The translations under genes and the position numbers were made by a program. Positions 1 through 8,660 of a stretch of 38,500 nt of DNA are shown here, one piece after another. This stretch comes from Armatimonadaceae bacterium (GTDB taxonomy: Bacteria > Armatimonadota > Armatimonadia > Armatimonadales > Armatimonadaceae): NCBI GenBank assembly GCA_035539875.1, contig DATLHN010000252.1:1-38500 (forward strand), written 5' to 3'. The stretch's first letter is position 1. Each line of letters starts with the position of its first letter. A model generated the notes under the pieces. That model searched no databases. It saw only the letters and a program-made list of their open reading frames with translations, and had not been told where the DNA came from.

Positions 1-134
<134 letters not shown>

Positions 135-168
135 CGCGGCAAGTGCCGGACGGGCCGTGAGCCGAAAA

Positions 169-196
169 AGGCCCCCGCCCGCGCGGACGGGGGCCT
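169..196. terminator. GC-rich hairpin between convergent gap and the DUF1501 gene
   Basis: aggcccccg (169-177) pairs with cgggggcct (188-196). The plus strand has AAAAA just before the stem, which gives a U-tract after the stem on the minus strand, so it fits termination of the minus-strand gene ending at 215. Confidence 0.6.
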
Positions 197-214
197 CCTC
201 CGAATCGGAAGGGC

Positions 215-1597
215 TCAGGCGGTGCGAACGACGCCCCGGAAGTCGGCGGGCGAGCCCGCGTAGCCGGGGAATATCTTCGGGAGCGCGTCCTTCGCGCCGA
301 GGTGGCGGAGGGCGACCTCGCCGAACACGGCGCGGAAGTCCGTCGTGATCGCCAGGTCGCGGTTCTCGTAGAGCATGCCGTCGCCGAGGCCGGGCCACTT
401 GCCCAGCACCTTGCCGCCGTTGACGCCGCCGCCCAGGGCGAAGAAGCAGGTGCCGTGCCCGTGATCGGTCCCGAGGTTGCCGTTCTGGCGGGCAGTGCGT
501 CCGAACTCGCTCATGGTCAGGATGACGACGTCGTCCATCCGGTCCCCGAGGTCCCGGTAGAGGGCGGCAATGCCCTGCCCGAACTCGCGCAGCCGGGTCG
601 CGAGCTGCCCCTGCGCCGTGCCCTGGTTGACGTGCGTGTCCCAGCCGCCGGTCTCCGCGAAGGCGATCTCCAGGCCGACGTCCGCCTTAACGAGCTGCGC
701 GATCTGCTGGAGCGAGTCGCCGAACCGTCCCACCGGGTAGCGCGCCCCGTTCGACGGCGCGTACGCCGCGAGGTTCAGCTTCTGCAGCGTCTTGATCGCC
801 TCGAACGATTCCGAGCCGGGTCCGTGCAGCACGTCGCCGACCGCCTGGTCGTAAAGGGTCTCGAAGCCGCCCGCGACGCCGGGCAGGCCGCCGGTCGCCA
901 TCATCGCCTGAGCCGCGGACGCGCCCTCCATCGCCTCGTCCCGCCGCGCCGCCGCCGCCCGTCTGCCGCCGCCGCCCGTCGGGCCGCCGCGCCCGATGCC
1001 GAACGTCCTCAGGTCGGGGACGGCGAGCGCGCCCGCATCGCCCTGCAGGCTGCGGGGCATTCCGCCGCCCACCGCGACCGCCCGGAACGGGTTGTTCTTG
1101 CGGGCCTGGTCCTGCGGGCAGGAGAGAGCGGTGCGGGCCAGCCAGCCGTCGCTGACGCTCTTGTTCCCGGGGCTGCCGGACTCCATGTAGTCCTGGGCGT
1201 CAAAGTGTGAGCGCGTGCCGTCGGGCGAGCCGCAGGCGTGGACCACCGCGAGGTGCCCCTCCTTGTAGACGGGCAGGAACGGCGCGAGCGCCGGGTGCAG
1301 GCCGAAGAAACCGTCGAGGTCGAGGGCCGATCCGTCGCCTCCGCGCCCCGGCTGCGGGATTCCGATGGTCGGGCGTCGCATGTATAAGTCAGGGTCGCCG
1401 TATGGCACGACCATGGACAGGCCGTCCGCCGCGCCGCGCTGGAAGACGCAGATCAGCACCTTGCGCCGCCGCGCGTTTTCCGGTCCCGCCGCGTAGGCCG
1501 CGCGGCGCAGGAAAGCGGGGCCGAACGCGGGCAGAAGGCCGACCGACGCGGCGGCGATGCCGCCGTTCTTGAGGAAGACTCGTCGCGAGATAGACAT
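215..1597 (-). CDS. DUF1501 family (sulfatase-like fold) protein with Tat signal
   Basis: Start trimmed to the ATG at 1597, giving MSISRRVFLKNGGIAAASVGLLP (SRRxFLK Tat motif). DUF1501-like motifs are present: VFQRGAADGLS, TGGWDTHVNQG, MSEFGRTARQNGNLGTDHGHG. It lies 37 nt downstream of the DUF1800 gene. Confidence 0.85.
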   Translation of the reverse strand: MSISRRVFLKNGGIAAASVGLLPAFGPAFLRRAAYAAGPENARRRKVLICVFQRGAADGLSMVVPYGDPDLYMRRPTIGIPQPGRGGDGSALDLDGFFGLHPALAPFLPVYKEGHLAVVHACGSPDGTRSHFDAQDYMESGSPGNKSVSDGWLARTALSCPQDQARKNNPFRAVAVGGGMPRSLQGDAGALAVPDLRTFGIGRGGPTGGGGRRAAAARRDEAMEGASAAQAMMATGGLPGVAGGFETLYDQAVGDVLHGPGSESFEAIKTLQKLNLAAYAPSNGARYPVGRFGDSLQQIAQLVKADVGLEIAFAETGGWDTHVNQGTAQGQLATRLREFGQGIAALYRDLGDRMDDVVILTMSEFGRTARQNGNLGTDHGHGTCFFALGGGVNGGKVLGKWPGLGDGMLYENRDLAITTDFRAVFGEVALRHLGAKDALPKIFPGYAGSPADFRGVVRTA

Positions 1598-1634
1598 GGG
1601 TGTCACAACTCCGTATTCGCTGACTACTGCCCTG

Positions 1635-3632
1635 TTAACGTCGCTGGAACTCGGGCGAGCCGAGCGTGAGCGCCACCAGACGCCGCGTGGCGTCCATTCC
1701 CGCGAACTCCTGGTTCGTCGGAGACTCCTTTGCCTGCTTGAGGAGCGTCGCCCGGGTCGCGGGCGAGACGTCACCGTAGAGCAGCGAGCGCGTGATCTGC
1801 TCGACGAGCTGCGGCCCCTCGGTCGCGCCGTTGGTCACGCTCTGTCGCGCCTTCGACAGATCGACCTCGCCGAACTGCCCGTTGGTCAAGCCGAGCGCGA
1901 AGTTCAGGCGCGCGATCAGCGCTCCCGCCGACACCCACTTCGTCGACTCCTCGGGCCATCCCGTCGGGGCCTGGTACTGGTAGAGCGCCTGCCCCATCGT
2001 GCCGATCGCGCCGGGCACCGCGGCGCGCAGTCCGCCCGCGCCCGCGACACGAGGGCGCTGCGCCTCGCCCGCCGCCGCCGCCATCGCGACGCGGGCCGGT
2101 TCCAGATCGAACGTACCGCCCAGGGCGCGTACCGATGAGACGGCGTACTCGAACGGCGACTTGATCTTCTGACGATACGCCGCCCGCGAATAGAACTCGG
2201 GCGACGTCACGATAGTGCGGACGATCTCGCGGATGTCGCCGTCCGTGCGCTTCCAGGTGGCGACGCACTTATTGACCAGCGAGGCGGGCGGCGTGTCGGA
2301 GACCAGGCGGCGGCAGAGCTTGGTAGAGATGTGCTTCATGGTGGCCGGGTGCGTGCTCAGCATGTCCAGCACCTTTTGGCCGTCCTGAATCCCGCCCCCG
2401 GCTGGAATGGTCGTTCCGAGGACCACCTTCTCGCCGTCGTCGTGGCGGCGCGGGTCGAAGTAGAACGAGCCGGCGTCCGTCCGGTTCCGTCCCGCGATCC
2501 CCCACCCGGTGAGGCAGCGGGCAACCTCCTGGACGTCCTTCTGGGTGTAGCCGCCCTCCACGCCCAGAGTGTGCAGTTCCATCAGCTCACGCGCGTAGTT
2601 CTCGTTCAGGCCGCCGCGTCCCCGGGCAACCGGCGGCGGCGGGTTCGCGGGCGCAGCAGCGCCCGCGGGTCGCCCCTGGGCGGCCTGGCCGCGCAGAAGG
2701 CGTCGCCGCCGCTCGATCTGCGGGTTCACCGGGGGCGGGGCGGACGACTGGACGTTGTCCAGATAGAAGAGCATGGCGGGGCTCGTCGCGCTTGCCCCGA
2801 CCAGATCGCGGAACCTGCCGAGCGCGTGCTTCTGGATGACTTCGCGCTCGTCGGCGATCTTGTAGGCGCGGCAGAGGCCCTTGCGCACGTCGATGTTGAA
2901 GTGGTTTGACCAGAAGTCGACCATGACTTCCTGCAGCTGCCGCTCGCTCTCCGCCGCCCGGACCACCTTGGCCGCGACCAACTGCTGCTGCGCCTGCTGG
3001 ATGTTGCGGCGGCCGTCCCTCTGGAAGCTGTCGTAGATCTTCTGAAGCTCGATACGCTGCTCCGGAGTGGCGTTCCGCTGGAGTCGTCGCAGCCGCTCCA
3101 GCGCGCCCTGCGGTCCGGCGGGTACCCCGTCCATTTCCAGGTCGAGTCCCTGAAGTTTCGCATTTTCCTCGATCTTCTTCTGGACCAGTTGGAGCTGGAT
3201 CGCGCCGCGCAGACCGTCCGCGTAGATGTCCGCCAGTTCGTTCCAGGAGGCGTCGAGCATGTGGAACCCGGCCAGCTTGGCCTCGACCTGCCGATCGTCG
3301 ATGCGCTCGGGATAAAGCTGCTGCTCGACGTACCGGCTCAGCCCCATCGCCTTAACCCGCTCCACGTCCCCGGGGCGCGGGCCGAAGCCAAGCCGGTTGA
3401 GCGCGTGGACTACCTTCTGCTCCTCGGTGAGCGGCGTGTTATCCACGAACCCGGGCTGCAAGGCACCCGCGGCGGCTGGCGTTGCGGATGTCGCCTTCTT
3501 GGCGGCCGGCTTCGGGGCGGCCTTGCCCGCCTGCGGGGCGGCCAGCAGCCACGGCGCTCCCGCGCCGCCGATCCAGACGGCGATGCCCAGCGCGGCGGTG
3601 ATATATCCGGATTTCCTCGTTGAATGGCTCAT
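1635..3632 (-). CDS. DUF1800 family protein
   Basis: Start trimmed to the ATG at 3632 (MSHSTRKSGYITAALGIAVWIGG, signal/TM-like), with GGAGGG upstream. DUF1800-like motifs: FWSNHFNIDVRKG, ELHTLGVEGGYTQKDVQEVARCLTGW. This is the typical partner gene directly upstream of DUF1501. Confidence 0.85.
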   Translation of the reverse strand: MSHSTRKSGYITAALGIAVWIGGAGAPWLLAAPQAGKAAPKPAAKKATSATPAAAGALQPGFVDNTPLTEEQKVVHALNRLGFGPRPGDVERVKAMGLSRYVEQQLYPERIDDRQVEAKLAGFHMLDASWNELADIYADGLRGAIQLQLVQKKIEENAKLQGLDLEMDGVPAGPQGALERLRRLQRNATPEQRIELQKIYDSFQRDGRRNIQQAQQQLVAAKVVRAAESERQLQEVMVDFWSNHFNIDVRKGLCRAYKIADEREVIQKHALGRFRDLVGASATSPAMLFYLDNVQSSAPPPVNPQIERRRRLLRGQAAQGRPAGAAAPANPPPPVARGRGGLNENYARELMELHTLGVEGGYTQKDVQEVARCLTGWGIAGRNRTDAGSFYFDPRRHDDGEKVVLGTTIPAGGGIQDGQKVLDMLSTHPATMKHISTKLCRRLVSDTPPASLVNKCVATWKRTDGDIREIVRTIVTSPEFYSRAAYRQKIKSPFEYAVSSVRALGGTFDLEPARVAMAAAAGEAQRPRVAGAGGLRAAVPGAIGTMGQALYQYQAPTGWPEESTKWVSAGALIARLNFALGLTNGQFGEVDLSKARQSVTNGATEGPQLVEQITRSLLYGDVSPATRATLLKQAKESPTNQEFAGMDATRRLVALTLGSPEFQRR

Positions 3633-3726
3633 CTTCGCAGTATCCCTCCAGGGTTCCCGAAATCCCGGCATAATCGACGCGAATAACATCCCTTGAGTTC
3701 ATTCCCGCGGGTATATAGGGGGCACC

Positions 3727-4725
3727 ATGGAAAACGTCACCGTCGAGCCTCCGCCCGACCTCGCAAGCTTTCGGGGCCCGCTCCCCTGGCTGAAGGAGCT
3801 TTTCGTACGATTCGGACGCGACAACTGCCCGGCGTGGGCAGCCGCTCTTTCGTTCTTTTCGCTGCTGTCTATCCCGAGCCTGCTGCTGTGCGGCCTCGCG
3901 GTCCTCGGCTTTCTGATCCGCAGTCCGCAGCAGGCCGCGCAGGAGACGGAGCGCGCCATCGCCCGCGTGCTTCCCGGCGCGGGCGCGCGGGAGTCCGCGC
4001 ACAGCATCATCCAGCAGCTCAACGTCGAAAAATCGGCCGCGGAGATACAGGACCGGCGCGGCGTCACCGGCCTCGTCGGGATCGCGCTCCTGTTCTGGTC
4101 GGCCATACAGATCTTCGTCAACGCGGCGACGCCGATGAACGCGGCCTTCCGCGCCCACGAGACGCGTAACTGGTTTCAGCTGCGCATCCGGGCGCTGGGC
4201 ATGCTGGTCGGGGCCGGACTTCTGTTCATGCTTTCGCTGCTCCCGGCGGCGGGCGTTCAGGTGCTCAATTCGCTGCCCGGACTGGGGAATCTGCCCGACC
4301 CGTCCCCGTTCTGGCTGGACCTGATCCTGGCGCTGGTCGGCGTCGCCATCAACGCGGCGATGTTTACGTTCATCTACCGCTTCCTGCCCTCGCCCGACGC
4401 CGGGGTGGATTGGAAGGAGGCGGCATTCGGGGGAGTGGTCGCCGCGGTGCTCTGGGAGGTCGCGAAGCAGGCGTTCGCGCTCTACCTGCAGCGGTTCGGG
4501 GGCAGCGCGGGGTACGACAAGGTGTACGGGTCGTTCGGCGGCCTGGTCCTGCTCACCTTCTGGATCTATTACACGTCGATGCTGCTGCTCCTGGGGGCGG
4601 AGGCGGCGAAGCTGTATTCCGACTACCGCGACGCTCGGCAGGCGAAGGCAAAGGCCGGCGAAGGCAGCGGGGCCGCCGACGCGACGACCGACGCCAGACA
4701 AAACGCGACAGGGGCGGCGGGATAA
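3727..4725 (+). CDS. yihY: YihY/BrkB family inner membrane protein
   Basis: 332 aa with multiple TM segments. N-terminal FGRDNCPAWAAALSFFSLLSIPSLLL and C-terminal YGSFGGLVLLTFWIYYTSMLLLLGAE are typical of the YihY/virulence factor BrkB family. Confidence 0.8.
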   Translation: MENVTVEPPPDLASFRGPLPWLKELFVRFGRDNCPAWAAALSFFSLLSIPSLLLCGLAVLGFLIRSPQQAAQETERAIARVLPGAGARESAHSIIQQLNVEKSAAEIQDRRGVTGLVGIALLFWSAIQIFVNAATPMNAAFRAHETRNWFQLRIRALGMLVGAGLLFMLSLLPAAGVQVLNSLPGLGNLPDPSPFWLDLILALVGVAINAAMFTFIYRFLPSPDAGVDWKEAAFGGVVAAVLWEVAKQAFALYLQRFGGSAGYDKVYGSFGGLVLLTFWIYYTSMLLLLGAEAAKLYSDYRDARQAKAKAGEGSGAADATTDARQNATGAAG

Positions 4726-4759
4726 CCCGCCGCCCCTGCTGCTGCGACACCGCACTCGT

Positions 4760-4781
4760 GCGCCCGCGAAGTGACGGGCGC
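4760..4781. terminator. weak hairpin between convergent yihY and the BON gene
   Basis: gcgcccg (4760-4766) pairs with cgggcgc (4775-4781) around an 8-nt loop. There is no clear U-tract. Confidence 0.3.
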
Positions 4782-4797
4782 GACGGTCGTTAAATGA

Positions 4798-5247
4798 TTA
4801 GTCCGCGCCGCCGACCGTGATGTTGTTGACGAGCTTGTAACCGGTCTTCGGGTCGATGACGCCCTTTGCCACCGTCTCCGCGCGGGTCTTGTCCGCGGCC
4901 GTTCCGGCCTTACCCATGAGGGTGACCGTCTTCGTCTCGGCCTTGGTGTCGACGTTCAGGTCGTCGATTTTCAGGCCGTCCGCGGAGACGATCGCGGTGC
5001 GGACGCGGGTCGTCATGGACGCGGTGTCCGCGGCCTCGCCGACCTCCTGGCCCGCCTCGACCGCGGCCTTCTCGGTCGCCTCGGCGGCCTCCTTGGTCTC
5101 TTCCTTGACCTCGGCGCCCGCCGCATCGACGGCCTTGCCGGCGCGCTCCGCCGCCCCCTCGCCCGTCTGCTGAGAAGTGTCGCTGGTGCATCCCGCCAGC
5201 ACAAAGATCGAGAACGCCGCCGTGAGCAACGCAAGAGAACGTTTCAT
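4798..5247 (-). CDS. BON-domain lipoprotein (OsmY-like)
   Basis: MKRSLALLTAAFSIFVLAGCTS is a lipoprotein signal with lipobox LAGC. An Ala/Glu/Lys-rich linker follows. The C-terminal TTRVRTAIVSADGLKIDDLNVDTKAETKTVTLMGKAGTAADKTRAETVAKGV resembles a BON domain. GGAGGT RBS lies upstream. Confidence 0.7.
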   Translation of the reverse strand: MKRSLALLTAAFSIFVLAGCTSDTSQQTGEGAAERAGKAVDAAGAEVKEETKEAAEATEKAAVEAGQEVGEAADTASMTTRVRTAIVSADGLKIDDLNVDTKAETKTVTLMGKAGTAADKTRAETVAKGVIDPKTGYKLVNNITVGGAD

Positions 5248-5278
5248 GTACAGGAACCTCCGTGGGCAGTCTGATTTA

Positions 5279-5308
5279 AATCTACCCTTTACGAGGGAAT
5301 TAAATCAA
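5279..5308 (-). promoter_or_regulatory. candidate sigma70-type promoter for the BON lipoprotein gene
   Basis: On the minus strand: TTGATT (5303-5308), an 18-nt spacer, then TAGATT (5279-5284). It sits in a locally AT-rich patch about 30 nt upstream of the ATG. Confidence 0.35.
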
Positions 5309-5342
5309 TCCCGGTAATAAGAACGAGCACATGCGCCAAAGC

Positions 5343-5372
5343 CCCTCCCCGTACCTAGCCGACGGGGAGAGG
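5343..5372 (-). terminator. hairpin downstream of the glycine-zipper gene
   Basis: ctccccgt (5345-5352) pairs with acggggag (5362-5369). Two more pairs follow a 1-nt bulge, and the loop is 9 nt. It lies 15 nt past the stop codon at 5387. Confidence 0.4.
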
Positions 5373-5386
5373 CCACATGGCACCGG

Positions 5387-5824
5387 TTAGCGGACGACCT
5401 TGCCGGTCTTGTCATCTATACGATCGCCGGTCACGGCGTCGGCAGCCTTCTCAGAAACGCCGCGCGTATCGGGGGTGCCGTCCACGGCCCGTCCGCCCGT
5501 CTGGACGCCGGGGACGCCGTTGCCGGGCACGACGTCCGCCGTCGTGTCCTCGACGTCGCGGGTAGCGCCGTGGCCGATTCCCGAGATCGTGTTGTCGTTA
5601 TCGACGCGGTCCACGGCGGCAACCGCAACGCCACTGCCGGCCGCCCCGGCGACGCCGCCGACCACCGCACCGATGACCGCGCCCACGGGCCCCGCCGCCG
5701 CGCCCGCCACCGCGCCCGTCACCGCGCCGCCGACGCCGCCCAGAGCCGCGCCCTTCTCGGCGTCGCCCGTCGGGTCGTCGTCGATTCCGTGCTGAATTCC
5801 GTCGTGATGTTTGATGTCGTCCAT
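5387..5824 (-). CDS. small glycine-zipper (GxxxG-rich) protein, function unknown
   Basis: Start trimmed to the ATG at 5824, which has an AAGGAG RBS. The product has a central stretch GAALGGVGGAVTGAVAGAAAGPVGAVIGAVVGGVAGAAGSG flanked by acidic segments. High GC3 supports coding. Confidence 0.6.
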   Translation of the reverse strand: MDDIKHHDGIQHGIDDDPTGDAEKGAALGGVGGAVTGAVAGAAAGPVGAVIGAVVGGVAGAAGSGVAVAAVDRVDNDNTISGIGHGATRDVEDTTADVVPGNGVPGVQTGGRAVDGTPDTRGVSEKAADAVTGDRIDDKTGKVVR

Positions 5825-5947
5825 GGTGTTTAAAGAACTCCTTACGGCTTTAGCGGCGGACGACCGGATGGCCGCGTCCGCTCGCATACGGTGTGTTTAT
5901 TCTCCTCCGGGGACGCCTGCTAAACATCGATTTCAGTGGGGTTCACG

Positions 5948-5977
5948 TTGACCGGGAACCGGGCGAATCGCTATAAT
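5948..5977 (+). promoter_or_regulatory. candidate sigma70 promoter for rmlD
   Basis: TTGACC (5948-5953), an 18-nt spacer, then TATAAT (5972-5977), about 50 nt upstream of the ATG at 6030. Confidence 0.5.
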
Positions 5978-6029
5978 GAGGCGCGCCGCCGCTGCCCGAT
6001 CGGGGCGGCTCGTGCGGCGGGGAGGATTC

Positions 6030-6917
6030 ATGAAGGTACTGGTAACCGGGGCCGCCGGAATGCTCGGAACGGACGTCTGCGCGGACCTCGCCGCGCGCGG
6101 CCACGAGGTCATCGCGACCGACCGCCGCGAAGGATTCACGCAGCTCGACATCACGGACACGAAGGCGACGCTGACGCTGCTCCGCCAGGCCCGCCCCGAC
6201 GCCGTCATCCACTGCGCCGCCTGGACCGACGTGGACGGCGCGGAGCGGACCCCCGAACCTTCCTACCGCGTCAACGCCCTCGGCTCCTGGAATCTGGCGT
6301 ACGCCGCCGGGGACGTCGGCGCGTGGCTCCTCGCCGTCTCGACCGACTTCGTGTTCGACGGCATCCGCGACGGCCCGCCGACTCCCTACACCGAATTCGA
6401 CGCCACCAACCCGCTCGGAGCGTACGGGGCGAGCAAGGCGGCCGGCGAGCGGTTGATCCGCGAGACGCTGCCGGGCCGGCACATTATCGCCCGCACCGCC
6501 TGGCTCTACGGGGTCCACGGGAAGAACTTCGTTTATACGATCCGGCGGCTCGGCCGGGAGCGGGACCAGGTGCCGGTGGTGGCAGATCAGATCGGTTGCC
6601 CCACGCACACGCGCGACCTCTCCCGCAAGCTGATCGACCTGATGGAGGCCCCCCTGCCGGGCACGTACCACGTCTGCAGCGCGGGCCAGTGCTCCTGGTT
6701 CGAATTCGCCCAGGCGATCGTCGCGAAGAGCGGCATCGACACCGAGATCGTGCCGATCAGCGGGCAGGAGTACGCGGACCGATTCAACTCGCCGACGCGA
6801 CGCCCGGATTACTCCGTCATGCGACGCCTCGCGCTGGAGATGCGCGGGATGGACGACATGCCCGCCTGGGAGGACGCGCTGGACGAGTTCCTGCGCATCA
6901 TCCCGGTCGACAAATAA
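6030..6917 (+). CDS. rfbD: dTDP-4-dehydrorhamnose reductase
   Basis: Start trimmed to the ATG at 6030, with GGAGGA at 6021-6026. MKVLVTGAAGMLG is a Rossmann motif. TDVDGAE, VSTDFVFDG and YGASKAAGE (the YxxxK catalytic pair) are typical of RmlD. Confidence 0.85.
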   Translation: MKVLVTGAAGMLGTDVCADLAARGHEVIATDRREGFTQLDITDTKATLTLLRQARPDAVIHCAAWTDVDGAERTPEPSYRVNALGSWNLAYAAGDVGAWLLAVSTDFVFDGIRDGPPTPYTEFDATNPLGAYGASKAAGERLIRETLPGRHIIARTAWLYGVHGKNFVYTIRRLGRERDQVPVVADQIGCPTHTRDLSRKLIDLMEAPLPGTYHVCSAGQCSWFEFAQAIVAKSGIDTEIVPISGQEYADRFNSPTRRPDYSVMRRLALEMRGMDDMPAWEDALDEFLRIIPVDK

Positions 6918-6920
6918 AAG

Positions 6921-6957
6921 GGCGTCGCCCCGGACCGCATCGGTCCGGGGCGACGCC
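6921..6957. terminator. bidirectional terminator (perfect 17-bp stem)
   Basis: ggcgtcgccccggaccg (6921-6937) pairs perfectly with cggtccggggcgacgcc (6941-6957) around a 3-nt loop. It sits between convergent rmlD and the CNNM gene. An A-run precedes it on the plus strand, which is a U-run on the minus strand. Confidence 0.75.
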
Positions 6958-6981
6958 GTCCTTACTCGCCGCGCGCTGCTG

Positions 6982-8634
6982 CTACACCGAAGCGTGGACG
7001 GATTCGCCGTTCGCGGGCGCGTCCTCCGCGCCGTCGAAGCGCGTCGCGCGTACCTCGCGGATACGCGTTCCCTCCATCCGCTCGATGACGAACTCGTAAT
7101 CGTCGATGCGGACCTGCTCCCCGACAACGGGCTCGTGCCCGAGCCGGCCGAAGATGAGCCCGCCGATGGTCTCGTAGTCCTCGTGCGGCAGATCGAGGCC
7201 GAGGCGGTCGTTGACGTCGTCGATGCTCATGCGGCCGTCGATCAGCGACTCGCTCGGCGAGATCACCTGCACCTCGGGCTCGTCCACGTCGTACTCGTCG
7301 CGGATCTCGCCCACGATCTCCTCGATCACGTCCTCGATACTGACGAGCCCCTCGGTCCCCGCATACTCGTCCTGGACGATGGCAATCTGCTGGTTGGAGC
7401 GTCGCATCTCCGCGAGGAGGTCGGCGACGCGCTTCGTCTCCGGGACGAAGTGCGCCGGCCGCATCACCTGCCGCAGGTCCACCTCGCTGACTTCGCCCTG
7501 GAAGATCGGCAGCAGGTCCTTGGCGTGGAGGACGCCCACGACGTTGTCGATCGTCCCCTCGTAGACCGGGATGCGGGAGTGGCCCGACTTCATGATCGTC
7601 TCGACGGTCTGGCGCAGGTCCGCGGTAATGGGGAGCGAGGTCATGTCGATACGGGGCGTCATGACCGACCGCACGAGCGTCTCCGAGAAGTCAATCACGT
7701 TCGTTATGATCTCCCGCTCCTCGCGGTCGAACTCCCCCTGGTTCGCGCCCTGGTCCATGATGTGCTCCAGCTCCTCCTTGGTGATCATCGGAGTCTCGAA
7801 CTGGGCGGTCGCGCCGAACGGCCGGACCAGGACGTTGGAGACGCCGATGACGATCGCCGTGAGGGGCTTGAAGACGACGGACCAGAAGCTGACGAACGGC
7901 GCGAGGCGCAGCGCCCAGACGTCCGCCTTCTGCACCGCCAGCGACTTCGGCGCGATCTCGCCCAGGATCATGGCGAGAAGCGCGACGGCAATGGTGACCA
8001 CCACGATGGCGGCGGTCTCCGCGGAGCCTACGGGGAGTCCCCAGCCGACCAGAGCGGGCACGAGCGGACGCGCCAGCGTGATGACGGCGACGGCGGCGGC
8101 GGCAAAGCCGAGGAGCGTGATCCCGACCTGGATCGTCGCGGTAAACCGGGGAGGGTCGTTGGTCAGGGTTCGCAGGGTCTGCGCCCCCCGCTTCCCCTCC
8201 TCCACGATCTGCTCCACGCGGGATCGGCGGACCGTCACCAGCGCGGTCTCGGCCATCGAGAACAGGGCGTAAAGGGCGAGCAGCAGCAGCATCAGCCCCA
8301 GGCTGCCGCCGATTACGGGCCAGTCGGGAGGCGCGAGGCGAGGGTCCGCGTTTGCCGGAATCGCTGCGGGGTTCGCGTGGATTCCGGGGGATCCGGTCTC
8401 CCCGGTCTCCTGGGCCACGGCGGAGAGGGGCAGATTCAGCAGCGTCGAAGCGAGCCCGAGCGCGGCTACGGAAAAAACGGCCCCGACGGCGAAGCGCTTC
8501 CACGGTCGCGGGCGGTGTGTAGAGGGCGGTTCGGCGACCGAGGCACTTCCGCCGGTCGCCGCCGCGCGGCGGGCCGCCCGTTTATTGTGGGAAGCTCTGC
8601 TGCGTCGGTGTGTTTGCGGACTATAGGGTTCCAA
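6982..8634 (-). CDS. CNNM/HlyC-CorC family transporter (DUF21 + CBS pair + CorC_HlyC)
   Basis: DUF21 region: LYALFSMAETALVTVRRSRVEQ. A CBS pair follows, then the C-terminal CorC_HlyC part IDGRMSIDDVNDRLGLDLPHEDYETIGGLIFGRLGHEPVVGEQV. The track start at 8634 is a TTG, so the start is uncertain. Confidence 0.85.
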   Translation of the reverse strand: MEPYSPQTHRRSRASHNKRAARRAAATGGSASVAEPPSTHRPRPWKRFAVGAVFSVAALGLASTLLNLPLSAVAQETGETGSPGIHANPAAIPANADPRLAPPDWPVIGGSLGLMLLLLALYALFSMAETALVTVRRSRVEQIVEEGKRGAQTLRTLTNDPPRFTATIQVGITLLGFAAAAVAVITLARPLVPALVGWGLPVGSAETAAIVVVTIAVALLAMILGEIAPKSLAVQKADVWALRLAPFVSFWSVVFKPLTAIVIGVSNVLVRPFGATAQFETPMITKEELEHIMDQGANQGEFDREEREIITNVIDFSETLVRSVMTPRIDMTSLPITADLRQTVETIMKSGHSRIPVYEGTIDNVVGVLHAKDLLPIFQGEVSEVDLRQVMRPAHFVPETKRVADLLAEMRRSNQQIAIVQDEYAGTEGLVSIEDVIEEIVGEIRDEYDVDEPEVQVISPSESLIDGRMSIDDVNDRLGLDLPHEDYETIGGLIFGRLGHEPVVGEQVRIDDYEFVIERMEGTRIREVRATRFDGAEDAPANGESVHASV

Positions 8635-8660
8635 AGAATGTGATGCTCCAGCCGAAGGTG

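Noticed and set aside
3633-3726. Divergent promoters between the DUF1800 gene and yihY (TTGAGT ... TATATA).
   Set aside because: Hexamer spacing and matches are poor, and several alternatives are equally plausible. The support is not strong enough to annotate.
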